This document shows, in pieces, positions 8,710-18,864 of a stretch of DNA of 64,000 bases (position 1 is the stretch's first letter; each line of letters opens with the position of its first letter). The stretch spans positions 1,989 through 65,988 of the forward strand of contig CAOKOL010000013.1 of assembly GCA_948470335.1 (NCBI GenBank), in the 5' to 3' direction. The notes below the pieces were generated by a model. The model had not been told where the DNA came from and made no database searches. It saw only the letters and a program-made list of their open reading frames with translations. A program made the translations under genes and the position numbers. The DNA is from an uncultured Lachnospiraceae bacterium. Lineage in GTDB: Bacteria; Bacillota; Clostridia; Lachnospirales; Lachnospiraceae.

Positions 8710-10698
8710 ATGGAGACAAGTTTTTTGCCGGTCAGCCGCAGGGAGATGGAACAAAGGGGCTGGGACAGGCCGGACTTTGTATATATTATCGGGGATGCCT
8801 ATGTGGATCATCCCTCTTTTGGGTCTGCCATTATCGGGCGGCTTCTGGAATCCCGCGGCTATCGGGTGGCCATGCTTCCCCAGCCGGACTGGAAGGAGAA
8901 AGACTCCATAAAGGAATTTGGCCGTCCCAGGCTGGGATTTCTGGTGTCGGCGGGAAATATGGATTCTATGGTGAATCATTATGCGGTGTCGGGAAAGCGG
9001 CGCGGCAGCGACGCTTATACGCCTGGAGGACTGGTGGGAAAACGGCCGGACTATGCCTGCGTGGTGTACGGCAATCTGATCCGCAGCGTTTATAAGGATA
9101 TTCCGGTGGTAATCGGAGGAATCGAGGCCAGCCTGCGGCGCATGGCCCATTATGATTACTGGTCCGGCCGGCTGAAACGTTCGGTACTTCTGGATTCCCA
9201 GGCGGATATTCTCTGTTATGGAATGGGAGAGCGGGCTGCCGTCGAAATTGCCGACGCTTTAAACAGCGGCATTCAGGTCAGAGATATTACTTTTGTCCGG
9301 GGGACGGCTTTTGTGAGCAGGAATCCCGGAGCGCTGACTTTTTCTAGGGAACCGCTGCGGCTTCCTTCCTATGAAGAAGCGAAAGCAGACCGGAAAATTT
9401 ATGCCGGGAGTTTTTATACCCAGTATCAGAATACGGATGCCATTTCCGGCCATCCGTTGATTGAGCCTTACGGGCAGGGGCAGTATGTGGTACAGAATCC
9501 GCCTGCGATGCCGCTGTCCACGGAGGAAATGGATGAGATCTATGACCTGCCTTATGAAAGAACATGGCATTCTTCTTATGATAAGGCAGGGGGGATTCCT
9601 GCGTTCGGGGAAGTGAAATTCAGTCTGGTCAGCAGCCGGGGCTGTTTCGGCGGCTGCAGCTTTTGTGCTCTCACTTTTCATCAGGGGAGGGTCATTCAGG
9701 CCAGAAGCCATGAATCTTTGCTCCGGGAAGCGGTGCGGCTGACGAAAGAGCCGGATTTTAAAGGCTATATCCATGATGTGGGAGGGCCGACGGCAGACTT
9801 TCGGATTCCGGCCTGTAAACAACAGGAACAGCGGGGCGTATGCGGCAGTAAACAGTGCCTGTTTCCGGAACCCTGCAAAAATCTGCGGGCGGATCACAGC
9901 GACTATATCAGTCTGCTTCGGAAACTGCGTCAGATTCCCGGAGTGAAAAAAGTATTTATCCGTTCCGGGATTCGGTTTGACTATGTGATGGCGGATCCGG
10001 ACAAAAGCTTTCTGGAAGAATTGTGCAGGTATCATGTCAGCGGCCAGTTGAAAGTGGCGCCGGAACATGTGGCCGGGCCGGTGCTTCGCAGGATGGGCAA
10101 GCCATCTCATCGGGAATATGAGCGGTTTGTGAAAGCATATGAGGAGATGAACAGGCGGCTGGGGAAAAAGCAGTATCTGATTCCCTATCTGATGTCTTCC
10201 CATCCGGGAAGTTCCCTGCGGGAAGCTGTGGAGCTGGCGGAATATTTGCGGGAAATTCATTTTACGCCCCAGCAGGTTCAGGATTTTTATCCCACGCCGT
10301 CTACGCTGTCTACCTGTATGTATTATACGGGATTGGATCCCAGAACTATGGAGCCGGTTTATGTGCCGGACAGTCCTCATGAAAAAGCCATGCAGCGGGC
10401 GCTGCTCCAGTATAAGGTACCGGAAAAACAGGCATTGGTGCGGGAAGCGCTGATAAAGGCCGGCCGGGAAGACCTGATTGGGTTCGGGCCGGACTGTCTG
10501 GTAAGACCGGGAGGGGAGCAGAAGGCAGAAAGGCCGGTCCATAGCGGGGCAAAACCGGATCGGAGAATAGACGGCCCGTATCGGAGAACAGAGGACTCGG
10601 ACCGGAAGCAGGCGGCCTGGGGCAAAAACAGGGGCGAAAAGCCGGAGGGACGGCGGAAGAAAAAAACGATCCGGAATATACATAAGAAAAAAAGCTGA
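8710..10698 (+). CDS. ygiQ: YgiQ-family radical SAM protein (UPF0313)
   Basis: N-terminus METSFLPVSRREMEQRGWDRPDFVYIIGDAYVDHPSFG. CFGGCSFC radical-SAM cysteines. Basic C-terminal tail. GGAGGGG lies before the ATG at 8710. Confidence 0.9.
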   Translation: METSFLPVSRREMEQRGWDRPDFVYIIGDAYVDHPSFGSAIIGRLLESRGYRVAMLPQPDWKEKDSIKEFGRPRLGFLVSAGNMDSMVNHYAVSGKRRGSDAYTPGGLVGKRPDYACVVYGNLIRSVYKDIPVVIGGIEASLRRMAHYDYWSGRLKRSVLLDSQADILCYGMGERAAVEIADALNSGIQVRDITFVRGTAFVSRNPGALTFSREPLRLPSYEEAKADRKIYAGSFYTQYQNTDAISGHPLIEPYGQGQYVVQNPPAMPLSTEEMDEIYDLPYERTWHSSYDKAGGIPAFGEVKFSLVSSRGCFGGCSFCALTFHQGRVIQARSHESLLREAVRLTKEPDFKGYIHDVGGPTADFRIPACKQQEQRGVCGSKQCLFPEPCKNLRADHSDYISLLRKLRQIPGVKKVFIRSGIRFDYVMADPDKSFLEELCRYHVSGQLKVAPEHVAGPVLRRMGKPSHREYERFVKAYEEMNRRLGKKQYLIPYLMSSHPGSSLREAVELAEYLREIHFTPQQVQDFYPTPSTLSTCMYYTGLDPRTMEPVYVPDSPHEKAMQRALLQYKVPEKQALVREALIKAGREDLIGFGPDCLVRPGGEQKAERPVHSGAKPDRRIDGPYRRTEDSDRKQAAWGKNRGEKPEGRRKKKTIRNIHKKKS

Positions 10699-10717
10699 AC
10701 AGGAACGCATAAAATAT

Positions 10718-11713
10718 ATGAAAACGATTGAAATCACGGAGCGGGAGGCGGGCCAGAGGCTGGATAAGTTTCTGGGAAAATATATGAGTCTGGCCCCCAA
10801 AAGCTTTTTTTATAAAATGCTGAGAAAGAAAAATATTGTGCTGAACGGGAAAAAAGCGGAGGGTTCGGAACGGCTGACGGCGGGAGACTGCCTGACGCTG
10901 TATCTGGCGGAGGAGACAATCGGAAAATTTACCGGGGGTTGCGTGCCGGCAGGTTCCGGCTTCCCAAAAAAGCCTCCGTTTTCTCTGTTATATGAAGATG
11001 AAAATATTTTGGTGCTGAATAAACCCTGGGGAATGCTGACGCAGAAAGCGAAACCGGATGATGTCTCGCTGAATGAGCATATGATCGCATGGCTTGTGGA
11101 CACCGGACGGATGACAGAGGAGCAGATCAGGCTGCAAAAGCCCTCTGTCTGTAACCGTCTGGACCGCAATACCAGCGGGATTGTACTGGCCGGTATTTCC
11201 CTGAAAGGGCTGCAGGGGCTGTCCCGGATTTTGAAAGACAGGACGGCGGAAAAGCGATATTATGCGCTGGTATGGGGGCATGTAAGAGAAGCGCGGCAAT
11301 TAAAGGGGTATCTGGTAAAGGATACGAAGACAAATCAGGTACAGGTCTTTAGCTCTGAGACCATAGAAGATGCCAGCTATATTGAGACGGCGTATCGTCC
11401 GTTGGGGTATGGCGGCGGCTGTACGCTGCTGGAAATTCATCTGATTACCGGCCGGAGCCACCAGATCAGGGCTCATTTAAAGGCAGAGGGACATTTTGTG
11501 ATCGGCGATCCCAAATACGGCCGCCAGGAGGTGAACCGGGAATTTTCCGGGAAGTTTGGCCTGAAAGGCCAGCTTCTTCATGCCGGAACCTTTGCCATGC
11601 CGGCAGAAAACTGTCCTTTTCCGCAACTGGCAGGGAGGAAGTTTACGGCGCCCTTGGAGCCGCGGTTTGTGAAGGTTCTTAACGGGCTGGGGATTGCCGT
11701 ACCCGGAGAATGA
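10718..11713 (+). CDS. RluA-family pseudouridine synthase with S4-like N-terminus
   Basis: Catalytic NRLDRNTSGIVL motif and the HQIRAHL block. Confidence 0.85.
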   Translation: MKTIEITEREAGQRLDKFLGKYMSLAPKSFFYKMLRKKNIVLNGKKAEGSERLTAGDCLTLYLAEETIGKFTGGCVPAGSGFPKKPPFSLLYEDENILVLNKPWGMLTQKAKPDDVSLNEHMIAWLVDTGRMTEEQIRLQKPSVCNRLDRNTSGIVLAGISLKGLQGLSRILKDRTAEKRYYALVWGHVREARQLKGYLVKDTKTNQVQVFSSETIEDASYIETAYRPLGYGGGCTLLEIHLITGRSHQIRAHLKAEGHFVIGDPKYGRQEVNREFSGKFGLKGQLLHAGTFAMPAENCPFPQLAGRKFTAPLEPRFVKVLNGLGIAVPGE

Positions 11714-11756
11714 AAAGAGAACAGGCAGATATCTGAAATAAATTAGGAGTAGACGG

Positions 11757-12317
11757 ATGGCCACATGGAATTCCAGAGGTCTGCGGGGTTCATCCCTGGA
11801 GGAACTGATTAACTACAGCAATGAAAAATACCGCGGGAAACATCTGGCATTGATACAGAAGGTTCCCACGCCCATTAAGCCGGTGAAAATCGATCCGGAG
11901 CACAGGCATATTACCCTGGCTTATTTCGACCAGAAAAGCACGGTGGATTATATTGGCGCAGTACAGGGGATTCCGGTCTGTTTTGATGCCAAAGAGTGCC
12001 ATGCGGATACGTTTCCCTTACAGAATGTCCACGAGCATCAGGTGCGGTTTATGGAGGAGTTTGAGAGGCAGGGTGGTGTCGCTTTTCTGATTTTATATTA
12101 TACGCATCTGGAGAAATTCGTTTATCTGCCTTTTAGGAGGCTGCTGGATTTCTGGCACAGAAAAGAAGAAGGAGGCAGAAAAAGCTTTCTGCTTGCGGAA
12201 ATTGATCCGGATTATGAGATTTCCTCTTATGAAGGCGTGCCGGTTCATTATCTGGAAGCTCTGAAACGGGATTTGGAGGAAAGAGATGCCGAAAAGATGC
12301 CGGGAACCCAGGAGTAA
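11757..12317 (+). CDS. recU: Holliday junction resolvase RecU
   Basis: RGLRGSSLEELIN..., VDYIG..., FDAKE and FLIL blocks typical of RecU. Confidence 0.8.
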   Translation: MATWNSRGLRGSSLEELINYSNEKYRGKHLALIQKVPTPIKPVKIDPEHRHITLAYFDQKSTVDYIGAVQGIPVCFDAKECHADTFPLQNVHEHQVRFMEEFERQGGVAFLILYYTHLEKFVYLPFRRLLDFWHRKEEGGRKSFLLAEIDPDYEISSYEGVPVHYLEALKRDLEERDAEKMPGTQE

Positions 12318-12383
12318 GAAACCGGGAAAGCGGCGGGCTGTGAAAACGCAGAATCAGAATCAATCGGAAGAAAGGAAATAAGA

Positions 12384-13661
12384 ATGGAACAGCTTTTACA
12401 TACCCCGGAGGGCGTCCGGGATATCTATAACGGCGAGTGTGCCAGGAAACTGGCGGTGGAGCAAAAGATCCGGGAAACCATGAATCTGTATGGCTACCGG
12501 GATATCCAGACGCCGGGATTTGAATTTTTTGATATTTTCCGCAAGGAGCGGGGGAGCGTGGCCTCAAAGGACATGTTTAAATTTTTTGACAGAGAGGGGA
12601 ATACGCTGGTCCTGCGGCCGGATATGACGCCCTCGATCGCCCGTTGCGCCGCCAAATATTATTCTGAGGAGACAATTCCTGTCCGGCTGTGTTATCTGGG
12701 AAATACCTACACGAATAATTCCGGCTATCAGGGGCGTCTGAAAGAATGCACCGACGCCGGAGCCGAGCTGATCGGGGATGCGGGCGTGCAGGCGGATGCG
12801 GAGATGGTGGCGCTGGTAATCCACTGCCTGCTGGAAGCCGGACTGACGGAATTTCAGATTGAGCTGGGCCATGCGGGATTTTTTGACGGTCTTTTAGAGG
12901 AAGCGGAGATCGAAGAGAAGGACAGAGAAAAACTGAGGGAGCTGTTTGACAATAAAAATTATTTCGGTATTGAGACGCGGATCTCACAACTGTCCATAGC
13001 AGAAGAGAAAAAGGAATTGTTCCGGAAGCTGCCCCAACTGTTCGGCACGGAAGAATCTCTGGCGCTGGCCCGGAAACTGCTGACCGGGAGGGGGGCCTGT
13101 CATGAGACTGGCGCCGTTAAAGAGGGAGACAAAGTTTTTGCCGCGGTGGATGCGGTAGACCGGCTGGAAAAAATTTATGAGATTCTGAAACTGTATGACA
13201 TGCAGAAATATGTTTCTTTTGATCTGGGCATGACGGTTACATACCGGTATTATACCGGGGTGATTTTTAAAGGGTACACTTACGGAACCGGCGATACGAT
13301 CGTATCCGGAGGCAGGTATGACACGCTGATGGCTCAATATGGGAAAGACCGGCCTTCGGTGGGGTTCAAAATTTCCGTGGACGGTCTGCTGACCGCCATG
13401 GAGCGGCAGAAGATCAAAATCCGGACGGAGGGAACGGATGCGCTGGTGGTCTGCGGAAAGGGGCAGACAGAGCGGGGAATCGCCCTGGCCGGCCGGCTGC
13501 GGAGAGAAGGCGTCAGATTGGCCGTCTATCATCTGGAAGGGCACAGCCTGGAGGAATATCTTCGCTATGGAAAACAGATCGGAGCAGACAGCTTGTTCTA
13601 TATCGGGGAAAATGAAACGGAAGCCGAACAGATCAGTCTGAGAAACGGTGAAAACGGGTGA
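12384..13661 (+). CDS. hisZ: ATP phosphoribosyltransferase regulatory subunit HisZ
   Basis: HisRS-like paralogue. N-terminus TPEGVRDIYNGE, then LRPDMT..., followed two genes downstream by a short-form hisG. Confidence 0.85.
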   Translation: MEQLLHTPEGVRDIYNGECARKLAVEQKIRETMNLYGYRDIQTPGFEFFDIFRKERGSVASKDMFKFFDREGNTLVLRPDMTPSIARCAAKYYSEETIPVRLCYLGNTYTNNSGYQGRLKECTDAGAELIGDAGVQADAEMVALVIHCLLEAGLTEFQIELGHAGFFDGLLEEAEIEEKDREKLRELFDNKNYFGIETRISQLSIAEEKKELFRKLPQLFGTEESLALARKLLTGRGACHETGAVKEGDKVFAAVDAVDRLEKIYEILKLYDMQKYVSFDLGMTVTYRYYTGVIFKGYTYGTGDTIVSGGRYDTLMAQYGKDRPSVGFKISVDGLLTAMERQKIKIRTEGTDALVVCGKGQTERGIALAGRLRREGVRLAVYHLEGHSLEEYLRYGKQIGADSLFYIGENETEAEQISLRNGENG

Positions 13662-13671
13662 GGAGGGAACG

Positions 13672-14697
13672 ATGAGAAAGGCAGGAGTGTTTTTATTATT
13701 GATATTGCTGCTGGCCGGATGTGCGCAGACGCCGGACTGGCGGGATATATATGACAGAGGCCTGGAGTATCTGGAAGGGAAACGGTATCAGGACGCCATA
13801 GATCTGTTTACACAGGCCATCGACATAGAACCGGGATATCCGGAACCCTATATTGCCAGGGGCGACGCCCATGCCCGCAGCGGCGAAACCACCGTCCATA
13901 TGGAAGCGGCCCGGACGGATTACGAGAAAGCCGTCAGCCTGGATGATTCCATGGCCGAGGGATATCTGGGGCTGGCCGATCTCTCCATTCGGCGCAAAGA
14001 CTATGACAAAGCGCTGGAAATCCTGAGCGAAGGGATGGAAAAGACGGACGGCGACAGAGCGGTTTCCGATAAAATTGTAGAAATCAAGAGCGGAACCATC
14101 AGAGATTCTCAGGATCAGTTAAGAAAGCTTTCCGGTTACGATAAGGAGGGGAATCTGACCTGGTATCACGAGTATTATTATGACGAAACCGGACATAAAA
14201 GCTATGTTAAGGTATATGACGACGCAGGCATTCAGACAGATGAAATAGAGGTGGTCTATGACGCACAGGGGAATCTGACGGATACCTTCGGATATGAGGA
14301 AAAAGACGGGACATTATATAAAATTGCCCATGTGTATGACAGCGACGGACGACGGATCAAAACAGAACGATATAATCATGACGGTTCCCTGAAAAACAGC
14401 AAAACCTATGAGCGGGATGAAGACGGAAATCTTGTCAAGGAGGAGTATTACGATTCGGATAATCAGCTAAAGGCGTATTATATCTATGAGTATGATGCGG
14501 ACGGGGAGATTAAAAAACACAGCCTTTACGGGCCAAACGGGGCACTGCGCAGTTATTGGACCTTTGAGACAAATTCCGAGGGAAAGCGGAGCCGGGATAA
14601 TTTTTATAACGCGGACGGAAAGCTGCAGTGTTATTTTATCTATGAGTATGACGACGACGGAGAATTAATTGAAAGACGGGAGTTTATAGAGGAATAA
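13672..14697 (+). CDS. lipoprotein with N-terminal TPR region and C-terminal YD-like repeats
   Basis: Lipobox LLLAGC. TPR-like helices in the N-terminal half. About 8 reiterations of a Y-x-YD-x-x-G-x-L/I type unit (VVYDAQGNLTD, HVYDSDGRRIK, YEYDADGEIKK, YEYDDDGELIE). GAGGAGGG lies before the ATG. Confidence 0.7.
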   Translation: MRKAGVFLLLILLLAGCAQTPDWRDIYDRGLEYLEGKRYQDAIDLFTQAIDIEPGYPEPYIARGDAHARSGETTVHMEAARTDYEKAVSLDDSMAEGYLGLADLSIRRKDYDKALEILSEGMEKTDGDRAVSDKIVEIKSGTIRDSQDQLRKLSGYDKEGNLTWYHEYYYDETGHKSYVKVYDDAGIQTDEIEVVYDAQGNLTDTFGYEEKDGTLYKIAHVYDSDGRRIKTERYNHDGSLKNSKTYERDEDGNLVKEEYYDSDNQLKAYYIYEYDADGEIKKHSLYGPNGALRSYWTFETNSEGKRSRDNFYNADGKLQCYFIYEYDDDGELIERREFIEE

Positions 14698-14709
14698 AGA
14701 GAGGAACCT

Positions 14710-15360
14710 ATGCGATACATCACATTTGCGCTGCCCAAAGGGCGGCTGGCGGATCAGACGATGAAGCTGATGGAGAAAATCGGCATCACCTGCCAGGAGA
14801 TGAAAGAAGAGGGTACCAGGCGGCTGATCTTTGTCAATGAAGAATTAAAACTGAAATTTTTCCTGGCGAAAGCCACAGATGTACCCACCTATGTGGAATA
14901 CGGAGCGGCGGATATCGGCGTGGCGGGCAGGGACACGATTCTGGAAGCCGGGCGGAAGCTGTATGAGGTATTGGACCTGGGAATGGGACGATGTAAAATG
15001 TGCGTCTGCGGTCCTAGAGATGCCGCAAAGCTTCTGAGACACCGGGAACTGATCCGTGTGGCCACCAAATATCCGAATATTGCCAAAGAATATTTTTACA
15101 ATCAGAAACACCAGACCGTGGAGATCATCAAACTGAACGGTTCCATTGAGCTGGCGCCTCTGGTGGGACTGTCGGAAGTGATTGTGGATATCGTGGAAAC
15201 CGGCACTACGCTTAGAGAAAACGGACTGACAGTGCTGGAAGAGGTCTGTGATTTGTCTGCGAGAGTGGTGGTTAATCAGGTGAGCATGAAGATGGAATAC
15301 GAGCGGATCAACCGGATTCTGACCGGTCTGAGAGGACTTCTGGCAGACGGGAAGCATTGA
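14710..15360 (+). CDS. hisG: ATP phosphoribosyltransferase, short form
   Basis: 216 aa. [25 protein letters not shown] and [13 protein letters not shown] blocks. Confidence 0.9.
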   Translation: MRYITFALPKGRLADQTMKLMEKIGITCQEMKEEGTRRLIFVNEELKLKFFLAKATDVPTYVEYGAADIGVAGRDTILEAGRKLYEVLDLGMGRCKMCVCGPRDAAKLLRHRELIRVATKYPNIAKEYFYNQKHQTVEIIKLNGSIELAPLVGLSEVIVDIVETGTTLRENGLTVLEEVCDLSARVVVNQVSMKMEYERINRILTGLRGLLADGKH

Positions 15361-15461
15361 CATTAGTTTAAAGTTAGGATAAAGTAGGAATATAAGGTTG
15401 AATGCAATAAAAGGCACGGCGTCCGGACAGAATAAGAAAAAGGACGCCGGAGAAAAGAGGA

Positions 15462-16082
15462 ATGCTTATTATGGATGAAAAGGCCGCATACATCCCGGAA
15501 CGAAAAGCCACGGTCAGTCGGAAGACCGGAGAGACGGAGATTCGGGCCGCGATCAATCTGGACGGCGCAGGAACGGCGAAGATACATACCGGGATCGGAT
15601 TTTTTGACCATATGCTGGAAAGTTTTTCCAGGCATGGCTTTTTCGACTTGGAAGTGGAAGCGAAAGGGGATCTCCATGTGGACTGCCACCATACGGTTGA
15701 GGACACCGGCATCGTTCTGGGCACGGCCATCAGGCAGGCGCTGGGAGAAAAAAAGGCGGTGCGCAGGTATGGCTCCGTCATGCTGCCGATGGACGAAACA
15801 CTGGTGCTGTGTGCCATGGATCTGTCAGGCCGTCCCTATTTCGTATATGATGTTTCATTTCAGGGAGAGCAGATCGGCGGATTTGATACCCAGATGGTAA
15901 AAGAATTTTTTTATGCCGTCTCATATACCTGCGGGATGAATCTCCATATCAAGGAGTTGTACGGCGGGAATGATCATCACATTGCGGAGGCGGTGTTTAA
16001 AGCTTTCGCGAAAGCCCTTGACGAAGCGTCGGGACTTGACGGCAGGATCAGAACTGTCCTGTCTACCAAAGGAAGCCTGTAA
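15462..16082 (+). CDS. hisB: imidazoleglycerol-phosphate dehydratase
   Basis: RKTGETEI..., GIGFFDHML, DCHHTVEDTGI and NDHHIAEAVFKA motifs. Confidence 0.9.
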   Translation: MLIMDEKAAYIPERKATVSRKTGETEIRAAINLDGAGTAKIHTGIGFFDHMLESFSRHGFFDLEVEAKGDLHVDCHHTVEDTGIVLGTAIRQALGEKKAVRRYGSVMLPMDETLVLCAMDLSGRPYFVYDVSFQGEQIGGFDTQMVKEFFYAVSYTCGMNLHIKELYGGNDHHIAEAVFKAFAKALDEASGLDGRIRTVLSTKGSL

Positions 16083-16183
16083 AGCGGAAACATGCGGTAA
16101 AAAGCAGAAGCCTGAACCGGCTGGGAAGTCCGGGAAGCCTCAGATCGGCAGGGCGGACGCGGCATTGTAAATGCGAGGTGAAA

Positions 16184-16885
16184 ATGAAAATATATCCCTC
16201 TGTGGAAATTATCAACGGACAATGCAGAAAATTGAAATCCGGTCTGTCCGGTCCGTCCAATGCGGAGCAGATGGCGCTGCACTGGATGGAGGAAGGGGCC
16301 GACGGGATTCATCTTGTGGATATTGACGGAATTAAAACCGGGCATATCATCAACACGGCGGCGATTAAGGCGATTGCGTATGAATTGCCGGTGCCGCTGC
16401 AACTGTATGGGGGGATCCGCTCTTTTAAAGACATTGAATTTGCCATGGACTGCGGGATCCGCAGAGCCGTGATTGGGACAAAAGCGATGCTGAGCCCCGG
16501 TTTTGTAAAGGAATCGGTGAAACTGTTCGGCGCCGGCCGTCTGATCGTCAGCGTCCATATCAGCGACGGCCGTCTGATATACGGAGAGCGGGAGACCGGA
16601 GGCTTTGAGATGCTGCTGAATTACTGTATGGAGATGCGGCGGATGAAAATTTCCAGGATGATTTTTCATGATGTATCGCCCATGGGCGTCATGTCGGGCA
16701 ACAGTCTGGAGCTTTTGGCGGAGATTTCCGATATTACCGGTATAGAAGTGATTATATCGGGGAAAATCATGACATTGAAGGAACTGGAACGAATCAATGA
16801 GACAGGCATATTCGGCGTGGTGCTGGACGACGCCCTGTATGAAGGCAAGATACGGCTGAAAGATGCGGTCAGTCTGTTCAAATAA
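16184..16885 (+). CDS. hisA: HisA-like (beta/alpha)8 protein, divergent
   Basis: Overall HisA layout (IYPSVEI..., VDIDG..., YGGIRS..., VLDDALYEG). By eye, several canonical residues differ; see findings. Confidence 0.65.
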   Translation: MKIYPSVEIINGQCRKLKSGLSGPSNAEQMALHWMEEGADGIHLVDIDGIKTGHIINTAAIKAIAYELPVPLQLYGGIRSFKDIEFAMDCGIRRAVIGTKAMLSPGFVKESVKLFGAGRLIVSVHISDGRLIYGERETGGFEMLLNYCMEMRRMKISRMIFHDVSPMGVMSGNSLELLAEISDITGIEVIISGKIMTLKELERINETGIFGVVLDDALYEGKIRLKDAVSLFK

Positions 16886-16939
16886 GAGCGGCCGCAAAGG
16901 TCTGCTGCCTGAAGAGAAAGATAAGTGGAGGTTGTTGCC

Positions 16940-18190
16940 ATGGCAGAATACAAAAAGATTATTCCCAGGCTGGTGATCAGCGACGGAAAAGCAGTGCTGG
17001 TGGGAGGACGGGTGTACGGCAACGTGCCGGATCTGTGCCGGATTTACAGCGACAGCGGGGCTGACGAGATATTTATCTGGGAGGAGCCTTCCGATGAAGA
17101 AGGGCATGAGAGGACGATTTCTCTGATTAAGCGGATTGTCCATTCCGTGGATATTCCCATTGCGGTGGGAGGTATTCTGCGGGTGATGGACGATGTGAAA
17201 AAATACCTGTATGCAGGGGCGAAAACCATCGTCTTTTCCGATGACGATCCGACCCAGCTTATAAAAGAAGCGGTGGAGCGGTTCGGAAAGGAGAAGGTGG
17301 CCATAAAAGCCAGAGATATCAGCGATGGTTTTGATTATGCCGCATGCGGGATCAGCAGGGTCTTTTATCCGAAAGACTGCCAGAGCAAAGAGGATATTGA
17401 CAATATAAAGGCATTTCCGCTGCCGCTGGTGCTGGAGTGGCAGGAACAACTGGTGGATATTCCCACCGTGTCCGGCATGATGCTGTCGGTGCCCCAGGAG
17501 GAGGCGGACCGTCTGATGGAGAAGAAGCTGGCCTGGAAAAGCCGGGGCATCCTGGTGAATCTGTGCGAGCCTTCTCTGACCTGGGATGAGTTAAAGAAAA
17601 ACGGTGACGGTCTGGTGCCGGTGGTGACGCAAGACTATGAGACGGATGAGGTGCTGATGGTGGCCTATATGAACCGGGAGGCTTACGAGGCTACGGCCCG
17701 GACCGGGAAGATGATTTATTTCAGCAGAAGCCGGCAGGAGCTGTGGGAAAAAGGCGTTACCTCCGGACATTATCAGTATGTGAAGGAATTGCGCGTCGAC
17801 TGTGACAATGATACGCTTCTGGCAAAAGTGGCCCAGACGGGAGCTGCCTGTCACACAGGCAACCATAGCTGTTTTTACCGGCAGATTTTGAAGAAAAGTT
17901 ATGACGAGCGCAATCCGATGAAGGTGCTGGAGCAGATCTATAACGTTATAAAGGACAGAAAGGTAAATCCCAGAGAGGGCTCTTATACCAATTATCTGTT
18001 TGATAAAGGGATTGATAAGATTCTGAAAAAAGTGGGAGAGGAGGCGACAGAGACGGTGATCGCTGCAAAAAATCCCAACAATGAAGAATTGATTTACGAA
18101 ATTTCCGATTTAATGTATCATCTGATGGTATTGATGGCGGAAAAGGAGCTTTCCTGGCTGGATATTATGGACGAGCTGTCTAACCGGTAA
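16940..18190 (+). CDS. hisIE: degenerate HisF-like domain fused to bifunctional HisIE
   Basis: The N-terminal ~200 aa resemble HisF ([14 protein letters not shown]..., IPIAVGGI...). The C-terminal half has HisI ([20 protein letters not shown]...[11 protein letters not shown]) and HisE ([25 protein letters not shown]) blocks. GGAGG lies before the ATG at 16940. Confidence 0.75.
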   Translation: MAEYKKIIPRLVISDGKAVLVGGRVYGNVPDLCRIYSDSGADEIFIWEEPSDEEGHERTISLIKRIVHSVDIPIAVGGILRVMDDVKKYLYAGAKTIVFSDDDPTQLIKEAVERFGKEKVAIKARDISDGFDYAACGISRVFYPKDCQSKEDIDNIKAFPLPLVLEWQEQLVDIPTVSGMMLSVPQEEADRLMEKKLAWKSRGILVNLCEPSLTWDELKKNGDGLVPVVTQDYETDEVLMVAYMNREAYEATARTGKMIYFSRSRQELWEKGVTSGHYQYVKELRVDCDNDTLLAKVAQTGAACHTGNHSCFYRQILKKSYDERNPMKVLEQIYNVIKDRKVNPREGSYTNYLFDKGIDKILKKVGEEATETVIAAKNPNNEELIYEISDLMYHLMVLMAEKELSWLDIMDELSNR

Positions 18191-18192
18191 AA

Positions 18193-18226
18193 TCGGGTGC
18201 CTGCATATTGCACCGAATATTTTTTC
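18193..18226 (+). terminator. weak hairpin plus T-tract after the his cluster
   Basis: TCGGGTGC...GCACCGA stem with one bulge, followed by ATATTTTTT. Confidence 0.4.
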
Positions 18227-18287
18227 GAAATAATGGCGGATGATGAATATGATTTGTAAATATGGCAGATGATAAGGAGTGGTCGAA

Positions 18288-18641
18288 ATGTCCGGTTCAA
18301 AACCTCCGAAACATGAATTTAATCCCCGTGCTCACGCCATGGTTTATATGCTGGCGATGGTCTATCTGGCTTATCTGATTTTTCAGATGGTGCAGGGATA
18401 TCTGGCCGGCGGTTCGGATGCCCCGTCGTTTCCGCTGCTGATCGGCGGTGCTGCGGTGCTGGGAGGCGGCTGTGTTTTTTTGGGCGTACTGGCTCGTAAA
18501 ATGTCGGTTATGGCTTCAAAACAGGAAGAAAGCACTGACAGCAGAGAAAGCGCCGGCAGGGAAGAAGGGCAGGAGACGGAACAGCACCATGCATTCGGGG
18601 AAGCAGGGGAATCCGAGACAAGAGGAGAGGCGGAAAGATAG
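18288..18641 (+). CDS. small membrane protein with acidic C-terminal tail, function unknown
   Basis: Two predicted TM helices followed by an E/S/G-rich tail. AAGGAG lies 8 nt before the ATG at 18288. Confidence 0.45.
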   Translation: MSGSKPPKHEFNPRAHAMVYMLAMVYLAYLIFQMVQGYLAGGSDAPSFPLLIGGAAVLGGGCVFLGVLARKMSVMASKQEESTDSRESAGREEGQETEQHHAFGEAGESETRGEAER

Positions 18642-18736
18642 GAGAAGGCAAAAAAGAAACTGTAAAAAAATGTATGGAAATTGTTGGCGCTCTTGGATAA
18701 TTTTCCGATATAAAGAGGAAATTTCAGAGAAATTTC

Positions 18737-18765
18737 TTGCACTTTTTACAGTGATGTGTTAAAAT
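18737..18765 (+). promoter_or_regulatory. sigma-70-type promoter candidate for the mgl operon
   Basis: TTGCAC (18737-18742), a 17-nt spacer, then TAAAAT (18760-18765), about 100 nt upstream of mglB. Confidence 0.5.
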
Positions 18766-18864
18766 AAATGGCAATGGAATGGGAAAAATTTACCTGTTTC
18801 CATGATAGTTCGGATGACGGGTATTTGTCTGTCATTCGGGACAAAGGATTTAAGGAGGGAGAAC

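Noticed and set aside
9259-10800. 513-aa ORF on the minus strand
   Set aside because: Lies entirely antisense to the strongly recognisable ygiQ gene. The product is Arg/Pro/Phe-rich and has no motifs. This is a typical shadow ORF in GC-rich coding DNA.
15977-17449. 490-aa ORF on the minus strand
   Set aside because: Antisense to hisA-like and hisF-like::hisIE. Low-complexity product with no ribosome-binding context. Shadow ORF.
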